Part shown: positions 12,163 to 26,028 of the stretch, one piece after another
Layout: each line of letters starts with the position of its first letter
Numbering within the stretch: the first letter of the stretch is position 1
Source of the DNA: Octopus vulgaris
Lineage: Eukaryota
Reading direction: 5' to 3'
NCBI GenBank assembly: GCA_951406725.2
Contig: OX597831.1
Coordinates: forward strand, 78,244,001-78,308,000
Length of the DNA stretch: 64,000 nucleotides
Made by a program: the position numbers and the translations under genes
Notes under the pieces: generated by a model
What the model was told of the DNA's origin: nothing
The model's database searches: none
The model's input: only the letters and a program-made list of their open reading frames with translations

Positions 12163-12445
12163 GGAGGCGCAATGACCCAGTGGTTGGGTCAGCGGACTCG
12201 CGGTTTCGATTCCCAGGCCGGGCGTTGTGAGTGTTTATTGAGCGAAAACACCTAAAAGCTCCATGATGCTCCGGCAGGGGGTGGTAATCCCTGCTGTACT
12301 CTTTCGCCACTCTTTCTCCCACTCTTTCTTCTGTTGGCCTGCTCGCTTAGCCAGCGGGGTGGCGTCATTCGAAGGCTAAAACAATGCGAACGCATTGTGA
12401 CCAGCGATGTGTAACAACATCTGATGGTTTGTTCGGTCACGTGAT

Positions 12446-12452
<7 letters not shown>
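12163..12452 (+). mobile_element. tRNA-derived SINE family C
   Basis: GGAGGCGCAATG..CAGTGGTT...GGTTTCGATTCCC head and TCACGTGA tail; homologue at 38379-38668; inserted in (TA)n. Confidence 0.8.
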
Positions 12453-12506
<54 letters not shown>

Positions 12507-12559
12507 GGCTGCCCCCTCGTTATACATACATGCATACACACACTCACGCATGCACACAC

Positions 12560-12771
12560 ATATATGTATGTATGTGTTTTTGTGTTTGTCCCCGCCACCT
12601 CTTGAATCCGGTATTGGTTTGTTTATATCTCATAACACAGCAGTTCGGTAAAAGAGCTGATAGAATAAGTATCAGGTTTCAATGCTAAATAGTGTCATTT
12701 CGTTCAACTAATCTCTTTAAGACGATGCTCCAGCATGGGCACTGTCCAATGACTGAAATATATAAAACATA

Positions 12772-12844
<73 letters not shown>

Positions 12845-13243
12845 CGTGGTTGTGTGGTAAGGAGCTTGCTTACCAACCACATGCTTCTGGGTTCAGTCCC
12901 TCTGTGTGGTACCTTTGACAAGTGTCTTCTACTACAGCCTCGTGCCAACCAAAGCCTTGTAAGTGGATTTGGTAGACGGAAACGGAAAGAAGCCCGTCGT
13001 GTATTTATACATATATATATATATATATTTGATTGTGTTTGCGTTCGTTCCCCTACTATCGCTTGATAACCGATGTTGGCGTGTTTAAGTCCCCTTAGTT
13101 TAGCGGCTCGGCGCGAGAGACCAAAAGAATAAGTACTAGGCTTACAAAGAATAAGTCCTGAGGTCTATTCGTTCGACTAAAGGCGGTGCTCCAGCATGGC
13201 CGCACTCAAATGACTGAAACAATTTAAAGAATAAAAGAATAAA

Positions 13244-13245
<2 letters not shown>
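12560..13245 (+). mobile_element. SINE family A: 3' half (12560-12773) plus full copy (12842-13245)
   Basis: Homology to 2166-2599. Confidence 0.8.
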
Positions 13246-13279
<34 letters not shown>

Positions 13280-14009
13280 AGAGAGAGAGAGAGAAGTTTA
13301 TGTATGTAAGTCTGTGCGTATGCATATGCGTATATATACGTCCATGTGTGTGCACACAGAGACCTCTGGTTGCACCGACACACACCAATATGCGCATTAA
13401 TATATCGGTGAGTGTGTCTGTGTGTATTTTTAGAGTACTAAGAAAACCCTGACCTTGGGAAATGCATGAGTGTCTTCACTGCATTCCATATCCATTGTAT
13501 TAGAAAAATCAATCTTAGCTTTTCACTCCTATAAACATTCTTTACATTTTGTTTGTTTTCTTGTTTGTTTATCTCTTTATTTCATTGAATTTGTTTTTTT
13601 CTTATCCTGTGTTAGTCGACCTCTTCGAATTAAACATTTTTTAAATAGCTTTGAAAGCGAAATATTTTATAAAACGCTTATATCCTTTTCTTATCAAATT
13701 GCGTTGTTAGCCTTACCGTTTTTTTTTTCCTTTCCATTGTAGGTTAATGTGTTCGGAAATCATAAATCAACGTTGGAATTCTATAACTGTGCTAGATTTA
13801 CTGCGTGACGCAGTACTAGCATTACCAACAGCAACCGTGTGCACCCGGGTTATGTGCAGTGTTTCGTTTGAGCATTCTTTCTTGCTTTTATCCTAACAGC
13901 TGTCATGAGTCCAAGAATTCTAAATGACAGAGCTTGACCTGGTTTCCATGGCGTATATCATCATCATCATCATCGTTACTATTATCACTATTATTATTAT
14001 TGTTATTAT

Positions 14010-14042
<33 letters not shown>

Positions 14043-14734
14043 GTATTTACATTTCTCAGAAACCACGATTTCACCGGCCAAATCGGTAAGAGCGGACAAC
14101 AACCTGTTGTCAAATGCTTCTCATGCCCTCTTTCCACGATCCTTAACACCCAAGTACAAACCTCAACATACTCGCTGTCGCTGCAAATAAAGCAGTTTTC
14201 TGAGCACGTTCTACCCTCATGTTAATCCCAATCTCACCAACAAATCTCTCAAACCGTATTGTTAATGATCCCAGAGCTCCTACAACTATTACTATGTCTG
14301 TTTTACTCTTAATTGCATTCTTCGTTGCCCACGTACGTACACTCTCATCTTTTAGTGGCTTGTACCTTTCAATCTTTTCGACTTCCCTTGTCAGCTAATC
14401 GTACATCACTAGACATGTGTTGTATTACTCCTCCCAGGAAAAAGTGGTAGGAGACAGCCACTATAAAAGGACGTTTTGACATTTATCCAGCAGAAACACG
14501 TGTCGGATTGGAATTTAGTGTGAATAATACTGTAGAAATTTTGAAGATGTATAACACTCCATTCTTCCTTATGATGTTTTGTATGTATATATGTGTGTGT
14601 GTGTGTATGTATGTATGTATATATGTATGCATGTCTGTATGTATCTATGTATATATGTGTATATGTATGTACGTATATATATGTCTGTATGTATATATGT
14701 ATGTACGAATGTATATGTATATATATATATATAA

Positions 14735-14922
14735 TTTGTTAATGTTTAACTTTTATATTTTTAAATTAATTTTATGTATTGGCTTATGTTTTTCACTGTT
14801 TGATTTGCCTATTAGTGGTTTTATCTCTAATTTAATATAATATAATATAACGTATTTATACTATAAAATTAGATTTAATCCTAAATCTAATTTTTCCCTG
14901 TAAGTTTGGATTTATTCCCTAA

Positions 14923-14925
<3 letters not shown>
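14735..14925 (+). repeat. AT-rich terminal module (TTTCCCTGTAAGTTTGGATTTATTCCC), probable PLE-derived 3' end
   Basis: Same motif at ~32685-32710, 33805-33880 (-), 48385-48420 and 55800-55845, always abutting (TA)n or (TAA)n. Confidence 0.6.
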
Positions 14926-15005
<80 letters not shown>

Positions 15006-15088
15006 GGAAAGTTTACGAAAATAAACAAAAGACGAAGGCAGTGTACAAACAAACAAATGTATTAGTATAGCGCACAGGAACAGAAAAA

Positions 15089-15128
15089 GTATTTTACGTT
15101 TCGAGCCTACGCTCTTCTACAGAAAGAT
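15089..15128 (-). ncRNA. Minimal HHR in PLE terminal repeat (CUGUAGA variant)
   Basis: Minus strand: cttt-CTGTAGA-a-gagc-gtag-gctc-GAAAC-GTA^-aaa. Confidence 0.7.
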
Positions 15129-16116
15129 ACACAGAAAAACAAGGAGAGAAACAAGGAGAGAAAAATATGTGTGTAGTAGCTAACGATCTATCATGGCGTC
15201 TGACTCGGACAGAATGGTCAGACGCGAGAGGGACAGTAGGGGAGATAACAGGGTCAAGTGACTTCCAATACGAAGGAGCCCCAAAACAAAGGTGCGTGTG
15301 TGTATAAGAGTGTATGTATGTGCGTGTGAAAAGGGGCTGGTGGTCTGGACGTGTGTGTGTGTATGTATGTGTGGGTGTGGAGATGTGGGGATGGGTGTTT
15401 GGGTGGTGTGTTGTGATGTGATGTGTAACGTTGCATGGCGTAGTGTAGTGTGGTGTAGTGTGATAATGTGGGGAGGTGGGGGGGCGTGTGATGTTGTAGG
15501 GTGTAGTGTAGTGTGGTGTGATGTTGTAGGGATGTGGGAGAGATGAGGGAGGCGAGAAAGGGGAAAGCACAGGTGGGGTGTGGGTTCGGCTGGAGGTTGG
15601 GGTAGAGTGGGGTTGTGGGTAGGTAGAGGGTGGGGTTAGAGGTGAGGTATGTGTGGGAGGGAGGGGTGCGGGATAGGGGGTATGTGGGGAAAATGTGTCG
15701 GATAGGGGTGAGGTATGTGGTGGTGGTGGTAGGGGGAGAGATGAAAAGGATGGGAAGGATATGGAAGGTGGAGCAGGGGTGGGTGGGTGGGTTTATGAGG
15801 GGAGGGGAAGGTGGGTATGTGAGGAGAGAGAGGAGGAGAGCAGAGGAGGGAGAGGAGGAGGGAAGAAGAGATGGAGGAGGAGGAGGAGGAGAGAGGGGGA
15901 GAGAGGGGGAGAGAGGGGGAGAGAGGGGAGAAGGAGAGTGAGGGAGCAGAGAGAAAGAGAGAAGGGAGAAGAGAGTAGGGGAGAAGAGGGAAAGAGAGTA
16001 GAGGGAAAAGAGGGAAGAAAAGGGAAAGAGAATAGAGGTGAAAAGATGTGAAAAGAGAAGTAGGAGTCGGGGAGGAGGTTAGATGAAAAACGGGGGGAGG
16101 TTAGATGAAAAGGGGG

Positions 16117-18050
16117 TTAGATGAAAAAAAAGGGGGGAGAGTTGAGCCCAAATGGCGTAAAAGAACGAAGAGAGAAGATTAATCCCTGTTCACGGCGCAA
16201 GCGGGAGTCCGGATGGCCATTGTGCAAGGACAATCCGAACACAGACAGGTGTTGCAAGGAGTGACTGGTGGAGCGGAAATGGCGTGAGACTGGGGTGTCA
16301 TTGCCGAGGCGGATGTTTCGGAGGTGTTCCGCGAACCGGTCGGCCAAGCGGCGTCCCGTTTGTCCGATGTACAGGGAATGGCAGAGAGAGCAGGAGATGC
16401 AATAGATGATATTGCTGGAGGTGCAGGTGAAGAAGTCGATGATTCGATAGGGTCGATGATGGGTGCCGGTGAGGAGGGTGGTGTTGGAGAGGTAAGGGCA
16501 AGTGCGGCAGCGTGGGCAGGAGCAGGGGAACGAGCCAGGTTGAGTGGTAGGGTTGGGGAAGAAGCTGTGGACCAAGAGGTCTCGTAGGTTATGGGCTCGT
16601 TTGAAGGAGGGGAGAGGTCAGTTAGGGAAGATGTGTAAAATGGACGGGTCGGTCTGGAGATGCCGGAAAGCTCGGAGAATGGTGCGTTGGAGAGGTAGGG
16701 TGGTGGGGTGGTAAGTGAGGGGAAAAGGGAGGCAGGAGACTGCGAGGCGGGTTCGGGGGCAGAGAGCAGATGCACGGTCTACGGAACGTGCTCTGGCAAG
16801 GGCGGTATGGATAGTTGTGAGGGGGTATCCACGTAGGATGAAGTAGCGAACCATGAGTTGAGACTGAGTCTCAGTCATGGTCGTCACTACAGAGCCTGCG
16901 TAGACGGAGGAATTCGGAATAGGGGATGGAAAGCTTGGTGTGTTTGGGGTGGGAGGAGGAGAAGTTTACGTATGAGTGTGAGTCTGTGTGTTTGTAGTGA
17001 ATGGAGGTGGTAAGAGTGGAGTGATGAATGCTGACCGAAATGTCAAGAAAGGAGACAGAGGTGTTGGAGATAGTGCAGGAGAAGTGGAGGGCAGGATGGA
17101 AAGATTTGACGAAAGAGAGGAAGGAGTCTATATGTTCGCGGGAGAGTGAGGTGGCACTGATACAGTCGTCAATATAACGGCCGTATAGTTCGGGAGTGGG
17201 ACCAGTGAAACTAGAGAATATTTGGGCCTCAACATAGCCAACGAACAGGTTCGCATAGTTGGGGCCCATTCGCGTTCCCATGGCCACTCCCGAGGACTGT
17301 TGGTAGAACTCGCCCGCGAACGAGAAGCAGTTAAGAGAACTTAAGAGAACGGCCAGACGAACGAGTGTGGAGGTGTCGGGTTCCGGGTTGGGGCGGAGGT
17401 CGAGAAAGTGTTTAAGTGCACGCAGTCCTTCGTGGTGAGGGATCACAGTATAGAGGCTCTAGATGTCCATTGTAAAGAGGAGTTTGGAGGAGCCAGGAGG
17501 AAAGGAGAAAGAGTTGAAAGGACGGAGAGCATGGTTGGTGTCGTGGATGTGAGAAGGAAGAGACGCCACTAGGGAGGCAAGGACACGGTCGAGGTATTTT
17601 GAGATAAGCTCGGTGGGGCAGTTACAGACGGAGACGATGAGGCGGCCAGGGTTGTTGGGTTTGTGGACTTTGGGGAGCAAGTAAATGGTGGGGGTGCGTG
17701 GGGTTCGGACAATGAGGTAGGATGTAGTGTGGGGGAAACGGGAGGACGAGATGAGGTCGTGGGCAGTAGAGGAGACCGTCTGTTAGTAACTGAGCGTGGG
17801 GTCAGAGGACAGAGGGGAGTAGAAGGAGGTGTCATTGAGTTGGCGGAGCGCCTCGGCCCTGTAGAGGTCCGAGCGCCACACCACCACAGCTCCACCCTTG
17901 TCGGCCGGTTTAATGACAATATCAGCGTGCCGTCGGAGGGAACGAAGAGCTGAGAGTTCGGCTGGGGAGAAGTTGAACCGCTCCAACGCGCGCTGACAGG
18001 CACCCACAAAAAGATCCACTGCTTGGAACTGGCCGGAAGCAGGCGTCCAC
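16117..18050 (-). pseudogene. PLE reverse transcriptase + GIY-YIG endonuclease, with stops and frameshifts
   Basis: Split over ORFs 17783-18019, 17459-17680, 16871-17446, 16618-16887 and 16117-16575. Confidence 0.9.
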
Positions 18051-18071
18051 TGGGATATATATACATATATA

Positions 18072-18345
18072 TACGTGATCTTATAAATAAATATCCGGAC
18101 TGTTGCTATAGTAACGAACTTTAAGCAAGGAGACTAATGCTGCTTGGCACAGGTTGACGGATGTGCATACGCACCGAGTTTATATGTTCTAGCTCACATC
18201 CGCTGTTTACAGCAGTGCTTGGAAGGAACGCGTGTAGCGTGTGAATGACGCATAGACCATGACAGAAAGTTGAGCAGAGAACCTGTATCAAATTTTACCA
18301 AAAGATTGGTTTTACCTGTACAGAGGCCTACGCAAAGCTTTCAAA
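18072..18345 (+). mobile_element. mariner-family 5' end fragment
   Basis: TA-CGTG...ATAAATATCCGGACTG terminus, then EQRTCIKF..KIG..CTEAY, resembling the mariner transposase N-terminal HTH. Confidence 0.55.
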
Positions 18346-18532
18346 GACTTTTCATCATTGTTCTCACCACAATGAAGATTTTATGCAACTGAAACCGGAG
18401 TGTTTTTTTGATCAGTTGAAAGCAAGTTTGGCACAAAGGTGGTAAACATGCATCTCATACCCAAATCCTCAGTGATGATAGACTGAACTGAACAATCCCT
18501 AGTCAACACATCTGATATAATATGTATATTAT

Positions 18533-18703
18533 ATACGACAAGCTTCTTTCAGTTTCCATCTACCAAATCCACTCACAAGGATTTGGTCGGCTCGAGGTTA
18601 TAGTAGAAGACACTTGCCTAATGTGTCACGCACGCAGTGGGACTGAACTCGGAACCATGTGGTTGGTAAGCAAGCTACGTACCACTGAACCACTCCTGCG
18701 CCT
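18533..18703 (-). mobile_element. SINE family A, 5' half
   Basis: Reverse complement of the family A head. Confidence 0.75.
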
Positions 18704-19284
18704 GTATTTAGAATTTATTTCACGTTCGATTTCTGGCTAAAACCAACCTCTTTTGTTTCGGCTTACTAACCTCCTCGACATTCGATGCCCTTGTAGTATA
18801 TGAATAAAATATTATTGTTATTTGAAATACGACATAAAAAAGAAAGGAAGGCGTGCAGAAGGAAGGGCTTCCGCTTTGTGGATTAGTCAAAAGATAAGTG
18901 ACTCGCAAATATAGTTAGGGTGAATGGGAGGACTTTAAGTATGCGCCTGTAAATGGGAAAACATGGTAGTTGGGCGAGGGATTGTTATCCTTGATATTTA
19001 GGGTGATCGTAGATACGTGCAGCTGTTTGATTGGCTCTAGCTGGGAGTTCTCCTTTATTCGGAGGACAGCATTAGCCATGTGGTTGCATATTTTGTACAC
19101 TGTGCATACTTTTTATATCCTCTCTACTTCATCCTCCCACCTTCCCTTTTATATTATCCTCCCCCCCCACACACACACAAATAGTAAAGTACCCGTAAAA
19201 TATTCCTGTGGCAAATAAACAAAAATCTTTGTCATCTTCATCATCATCATCTTCATCATCATCATTATTGTTGTTCTCGCTGTA

Positions 19285-20150
19285 AAGGCTGTGAGCTGGC
19301 AGAACCGTTAGCATGCGGAATGAAATGCTTACTGTTCTGAGTTCAAATTCCGCTGAGGCTGACTTTGTCTTTCATCCTTTCGGGGTCGATAAATCAAGTA
19401 CCAATGAAATACTGGGGTCGATGTAATCGACTAGTCCGCCGCCCCACCAAACATTGCTGGCCTTGTACCTGTAGTAGAAAGGATTATTACTGTTCTGGCT
19501 GATACTGTTAACATTGTTGTTTTAGATGCTGTTAAGGTATCGATATGGCAGAAATGTTAACATGTCGGAAGAAACGCTTAAGTGGCCTTTCGTCCGTCCT
19601 TATGCAGTGAGCTCAAATTATGCTGAGATCGACCTTGCTTTCCATCTTTTCGGGATCGATAAATTGAGTACTAGTTGCGTACTGGGGTTGATGTAGTCGT
19701 CTAGTACCTCCCCAACATATACATATAGTTCAGATCATAAAATTCGGACTAAATGTATCTAAGCACTTAGCCCGGCGTGCTAAAGTTTCTACCAACTCAC
19801 CATGTTTTTAATTGACACAAAATTAAATACGCCGAACAAAATGCTTATCGACATTTCGTCCATTTCTACGTTCAGAGTTCAAGTTCCACCGAGGTCATCT
19901 TTCCGTTTAAATTCTTTTGGATTGAAAAATAGCCTTCATCCAGCACTGGGCCTTGTGCATACAACACAAAGAATTATCTATAATTTAGCGGCATTTCGTC
20001 CGTCGTCACATTCTAAGTTCAAATTCTGCCGAGGTTGACTTTGCATTTCAACCTTCTGGGGTCGATAACATAAGTACCAGTTGAGCACTGGGGTCGATGT
20101 AATCGACTAAACCCCACCCCTAAAGTTGCTGGCCTTAAGCCAAGATATGA
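19285..20150 (+). mobile_element. Cluster of about four SINE family B copies or fragments
   Basis: Recurrent GAGCTGGCAGAA..GTTAGCA...GTTCAAATTCCGCCGAGGTCGACTTTGCCTTTCATCCTTTCGGGGTCGATAAA..AAGTACCAG. Confidence 0.75.
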
Positions 20151-20162
20151 AATTATTATTAT

Positions 20163-23100
20163 CATTATTCAGTAGTTTTATTGTTATAGCGTGCTTTCAC
20201 TTCACCACCGAGCGAACCTCTGTGTGCCTTGGGTATGTGCTGTGATTTGTTGTGATGCTCTGATGGTTATTGTATGGAAAGTGTTCTGCGTAGGATGTGT
20301 GCAGTGCCTAGTAGTGCAATTTTCTGTATGTTACATGTGTTTGTAAGTCCTGGTGTTTTTGTTATGTATTTGTCTGAATATTTTTTTATCATGCCTAATG
20401 CACCTACTATGATAGGGATTGTTTCTGTTTTTAGATTCCACATTCTGGTTACCTCTATTTCCAGGTCTTTGTATTTTGAAAGTTTCTCCATTTCTTTTAG
20501 AGACTCTTTGTCATCTGCCGGTATTGATACATCAATTAGAAAGCATTGTTTTTCTTCATGATCTCTGACAACTATATCTGGTCCGTTGGCCTTAATTTCT
20601 CTATCTGTGTGTATCGGCATATCCCAGAGTATGGTTGCTTTCTCGTTTTCTGTGACCTTTTGTGGCGTGTGCTTATACCATCTTTTTCTGTTGTTATTCC
20701 ATAATGTTGGCATAGCTTCCAGTGTATGTAGGCCCCACGTCTGTCCTGTCAACCAGGACTGGGCACTCAGAGATAATATGATTTATCGTTTCTTGTCCAT
20801 CACCATATATTCTGCAGCTACTTGTTATGTTTCGTTTCATTATATGTTTTTGGTAATTTCTGTTTCTCTTCTGGAAACAGGTTGTTTTCGTCCAGCTGCT
20901 TCTTCAGTCTTTGCGATATTACTGCAGTTTTCTTCTTGTTACTTAGTAGTGTTGATTGTCTACTAATTTCTTTAAGAATTGACAAATCTTTTCTCTTTTT
21001 TTGTATTTTTTTAATGTTATTTATCCACAGAGTTTGTTTGGGTGGTGGTGCTCCTGTTTTGATGGGTTTGAGGGATTATCCTGTTTCTTTTGTGGCTGCT
21101 GCATATATTATGCCATTTAGCTCAGTGATATTGACATTTGTTTCTGTGACGGCCAGGTTTCTGCTATTTATTATTGATGTTGTTTTATTTTCTATTTTGA
21201 GTTTTGGGAGGAACAATCTGTGGTCCATTCTGAGATCTGTGGCTTTCAGTTCTATGATTATGCTCATTTTCAGAGTATCATAATCATTAGGTTCCTCTTC
21301 TCTGTTTAGTTTAGCCCAGTATTTGCCACGAAGGGGCTTTTCTTACCATCTTTTTATCATGGTTCGTTGCTGTTTTAGTTTTAATTTGGATTTCATTTGT
21401 TTTATCGCTTTTGTTGTTTCTTCTTTTTCATATTTGTTTGGTAGTATGGCTTCTTGTTTGTATTTGTCAGCTTCCTTAAATACTGAAAACAGTTTTTTTT
21501 TCTTTTTGCTCGTGTTTTGTGGCTATTTATATTGGTTTTACTTGCTTCTGAAGTAGGTATTCTTGCAGTCCTGTGGTGGTTATTTTATAATGATTTTCCA
21601 GCTGTATAAAGCTTCTACCATCTTCTATACGTTGTATATATAACCGTTCTATGTCAGATTTTGGGTGGTACATCCTAAATCTTGTCATTTTTCTTGTCTT
21701 CCTGTCTATTTTGGTTAGTTCATTTAGTGTCCAGTTAAGGATATTGTAGCTGTAACTTATAACTGTAACTTATAACTGGGATGGCTAGAGTGTTGATACC
21801 TATTATATTGTTTTTAAGCATTGAGCTCTGTTTTCAGTATTAATCTAACTCGTCTATAGTATTATTTCTTTTTATTTTCTCTGTCATTTGTGTGTGTTGT
21901 GTCTTATCTAGTTCATGGATTCCTAAATATTTGTATGTCTGGCTTTGGTCAAATTCTTTTATTTCATTGGTTTTATCTAGTGTGATGTTGCTACTCTTAA
22001 CTAGTTTTCCTCTTTTCAGGGTTACTTTGGCGCATTTTTTCTAATCCAAATTTCATATCTATTTCTTTGGTGAATCCATGAACTGTCTTTAATAGTGTTT
22101 CCAGCTGTTTGTTATTTGTAGCGTATAGTTTTAGGTCATCCATATATGAAAGGTGGCTGGTTGTTTTGCCGTAACATTTATATCCGCATCCAGTTCTATT
22201 CAGCATATCTGATATAAAGCGTCAGTGCCAAGCAGAAAAGGAGTGGTGAGAGCGTGTCTCCCTGGAATATTCCTCTTCTAATGGGGGTTGCTTTGGTTTT
22301 CACGAGTCCCTCTTTTGTCTGGAGCTGTAGCACTGTCTGTCATTTATTCATAGAGTGTCTTATGTATTTTATAATTATTGGTGCTACCTTGTTAATGGCT
22401 AGTGTTTCGAGGATCCACGCGTGGGGAATGCTATCAAAAGCCTTTCGGTAATCGATCCAGGCCATACTGAGGCCTTTCTTCTTTCTGCGGCTGTCTTCAG
22501 TTATGGCTTTATTGATCATTAGTTGATCTTTACAGCCATATGAGCCCTTGCAGCATCCTTTCTGCACTTCTGGAAACAGGTTGTTTTCGTCCAGCTGCTT
22601 GTTCAATCTTTGCGATATTACTGCAGTAAAGGCTTTGTACATTGTAGGGAGACAGGTTATAGGTCTGTAGTTTTGTGGTTTTGCCGTTTCATTAGATTTG
22701 GGAATTAGGATGGTTTTCCCTTTCGTGAGCCATTCAGGCATTGTCTCTGGCTCGGTCAGTATGTCGTTAAAGTTTTCAGCCAGCTTTTTGTGTATTCCTG
22801 TCAGATATTTTAACCAGAGGTTGGGGATCTTGTCGTGCCCAGGTGCCTTCCAATTGCTTAGTCTTTGCAGTGCCTGGGTGACCTCTTCAGTTGTTATGGG
22901 GGTTCAGAATTGCTCAGGTGCTAAGTTCGTTGTTTTAATAGTCCTTTTCTGAGGTTGTTCCTTCACCGACCATATTTCTTTCCAAAATTCTTCCACTTCT
23001 TCTGCTGTTGGTGCTGCATTGATGTCTATTTTTTTGCGACGTTCTTGGTAGAATTTTGTGGGGTTGGAGTTGAACTGCTTGTTTTGTCCAAAGAAACGTT

Positions 23101-24558
23101 GGCGTTTATCATACCGGCGGATCCTTTGTGCTTTGGCAAGGATATCTTGCTTTAGCTTTTCTTTTATCTCAGGTAAATAATTTTCTGTGATGTTGTATTT
23201 GCGCAGTATTTTTGTTTTCTTCTTGTTACTTAGTAGTGTTGATTGTCTACTAATTTCTTTAAGAATTGACAAATCTTTTCTCTTTTCTTGTATTTTTTTT
23301 TGGATGTTATTTATCCACAGGGTTTGTTTGGGTGGTGGTGCTCCTGTTTTGATGGGTTTGAGGGATTATCCTGTTTCTTTTGTGGCTGCTGCATATATTA
23401 TGCCATTTAGCTCAGTGATATTGATATTTGTTTCTGTGACGGCCAGGTTTATGCTATTTATTATTGATGTTGTTTTATTTTCTATTTTGAGTTTTGGGAG
23501 GAACAATCTGTGGTCCATTCTGAGATCTGTGGCTTTCAGTTCTTTGATTATGCTCATTTTCAGAGTATCATAATCATTAGGTTCCTCTTCTCTGTTTCCA
23601 TGTTTTAGATTTGCTTCGCCTTCATTCTCATTCATATGTTTGTCTGTGGTGTTCTGGTTTGGTGCTTTTTGCATATAATTATACATCCCTACGGTCTGGG
23701 TTCTTTTTTTTTATTTTTACTTCGTTTCTGTTGGAAATGTTACGTCTGTCTTCGTGTTTTACTATCTCAGTTTTTATAATATTTGGCATTGTTGTGTGGG
23801 TACTATCTACATTATCCTGATGTATTTTTCTTTTTAAATGTTCTATTTCTATTTCTGATACGTTTTTTTTGCTTTGAGAATATATCTTCGTACGTTAGCT
23901 AGTTTATTAGGGTTCATTGCTGTATCCAAGTCTTTATTTATGTTATTTTTCTTCCATATTTTATATGTATATGTTGTTGTGTTTTCGTTCTTTTGGTAGA
24001 GCACTGCTGTGAAGTAAGCGTGTAGGATAGAAATGTATTCCTCACGTGTCCATTTATGCCTTTTTGATTTTATTTGCGGGACATGAGGAACAACATCCGG
24101 TCCTTTATTTTGAGGGTCATAATTTTCGTAGGGTACCGGTCCGTCCATTTCTGTTGTCAAATTGTTTTGCACGTGTAGTTTTTCGTACTTTTTGTGTAAC
24201 AAGTTTAAAGTACGCACTTCCCGGTTATTATTCTTGGGTTGAATAATACAGTTGTTATTTAATTTATTTGTAATTTTTTGTGCATGGTATTTGGGGACGG
24301 AGATGGTCTGGTGTTGATTGGATCGTAATGTGGTGAGCGTGTTTACATGTGCTGTTCGAGCAATAGAGATGATACACAGTTAAAATACATAATTTCATTT
24401 AGAAAATAGAAATAAATTTCAATGAGTATTACTTACTCGGATATAGTCCGACACTTCGTCAGTTATTCTTGGCTCCATGCGATGTCTTTATTCCCGATGT
24501 TTTTGAATAGATTTCGGAGCAGTGTTTTATCGTTCTCACATGTCAAACGTCCCCGGCG
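20163..24558 (-). mobile_element. R4/Dong-type non-LTR retrotransposon (RT + CCHC + RLE), near full length, decayed
   Basis: Motifs KWTREEY; PEWLTKGKTILIPK...NYRPITCLPTMYK; WIDYRKAFDSIPH; GIFQGDTLSPLLF; YMDDLKLY; CRIYGDGQETINHIISEC; PDIVV..CFLIDVSIP..EKLSKYKDL..PIIVGALG. Both ends abut (TAA)n-type repeats. Confidence 0.9.
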
Positions 24559-24569
24559 TATTATTATTA

Positions 24570-24645
<76 letters not shown>

Positions 24646-24689
24646 CATCATCATCATCATCATTATTATTATTATTATTATTATTACTT

Positions 24690-25063
24690 TTTTTTTTCTT
24701 CTTTCAAATTTTCTTCCATTTCTTGCCGAGTGTCTTCCCGACTCCTAGGGCAAAGAAACTCATAGTGTATATTGGTAGGCCATTAAACCAAACTCAGTAG
24801 TTCGTTAATTTTTTTTTTTTTTTTTTTTTAAAGTTAAATTAAAATACATGAGCAGCAACAGTTCTCACATCGACAATGCTCTTCTCAATACGTGTGATGT
24901 ACCAGTTAAGACAATCTTTTGCACTTCTTGCAGGGATGGTAAGCCAGGGATCATTCTCATATAATTTTCGGTTCCCTTCTTGATCATTCCTAGTGCTCCT
25001 ACGATCACTGGTATTGTAATCGCCTTGAGATGCCACATTTTCTCAATTTCAATGAGTAGGTCT
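24690..25063 (-). mobile_element. 3' fragment of a second R4/Dong-like subfamily
   Basis: KDLLIEIEKMWHLKAITIPVIVGALGMIKKG...QKIVLTGTSHVLRRALSM; (TAA)n on both sides. Confidence 0.8.
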
Positions 25064-25087
25064 TTATTATTATTATTATTATTATTA

Positions 25088-25137
<50 letters not shown>

Positions 25138-25335
25138 GAGGCAGTGAGCTGGTAGAATCGTTAGCACGCTGGACGTAATGCATAGCGGTATTTCATCCAT
25201 TGCTACGTCTTGAGTTTAAATTCCGCGGAGGTCGACGTTGACGTTCATCCTTTCGGGGCCGATAAAATAAGTACCAGTTGAACACTGGAGTCGATCGACT
25301 TATCACCACATCCCCCAAGCCGCTTTGTGGCAAAA
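25138..25335 (+). mobile_element. SINE family B
   Basis: Homology to 52953-53192. Confidence 0.75.
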
Positions 25336-25445
25336 ATTTTAAATAACAATAATAATCATTATTGTTGTTGTTGTTATTGTGGTATGTGCTGTGTTTTCTT
25401 ACAATTATTGGTATTTCTACGTCTAGAGTGTTATTATTATTATTA

Positions 25446-25562
<117 letters not shown>

Positions 25563-25987
25563 TCATTAAGTTAATTAATACAGCCGTAATTAGTTTTGTT
25601 GCAAATTTTTTCTAATTTTACTGCAATTATCATATTAACACCCATTGTATGGATGACACAACAATTACACTTTATAAATAGAGAAAACTCCCCCACTCCC
25701 GAATGCCAGTGACGCGGTCGTTTTACGACTATTCGCTTTGTTTCTGTATTTCCGGTTCATGTCAATATCAGGCAAACACCAATGCTGAAAAATTTTAGAG
25801 TCTAACTCATCTCCCTCAAAACATTGTAGGTTAGATAAACAAAAAGAAAAATAAATAAACACAGTGGAATTTTATTCTAATATGTCAGGATGGTCACTTT
25901 TGGTGGAGAGAGAGAGTAAATAAACACACGCACTGTATATTCGTTCTTCTCTTCAGGTTTATTTTTATTCACATATTAATGTCTTTT

Positions 25988-26028
25988 TTAAAATCTTTCG
26001 TCACACGCTCTGTGACCTCTTCAGCGAT
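25988..26028 (-). ncRNA. HHR core in a dispersed repeat (stem I decayed)
   Basis: Minus strand: CTGAAGA-g-gtcaca-gagcg-tgtgac-GAAAGATTT. Confidence 0.5.

Larger units (their letters stand above)
15002..18055 (-). mobile_element. Penelope-like element (Neptune-type), 5'-truncated, defective
   Basis: RT motifs IKPADKGGAVVV, LPKVHKPNNPGRLIVS, FTMDI*SLYT, GVAMGTRMGPNYANLF and YGRYIDD; Cys linker CSCPRCRTC; GIY-YIG NIIYCISCSLCHSLYIGQTGRRLADRFAEH; pyrimidine-rich 3' UTR and terminal HHR; both ends in (TA)n. Confidence 0.93.

Noticed and set aside
12163-12230. tRNA gene-like A/B boxes in SINE heads
   Set aside because: No complete cloverleaf; sequence continues into multi-copy SINE bodies
13755-13775. 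Pbx/Hox-like site (TGATTTATG), plus TAAT-rich islands at ~5800, 25570 and 31570
   Set aside because: Expected by chance in AT-rich DNA; needs conservation data
14420-14510. GAAAC-ACGT-GTC half of an HHR
   Set aside because: No recognisable CUGANGA strand upstream
24430-24558. Possible 5' ribozyme of the R4/Dong element (CTGACGA and GAAA words on the minus strand)
   Set aside because: Could not build a consistent HDV-like or HHR fold by eye
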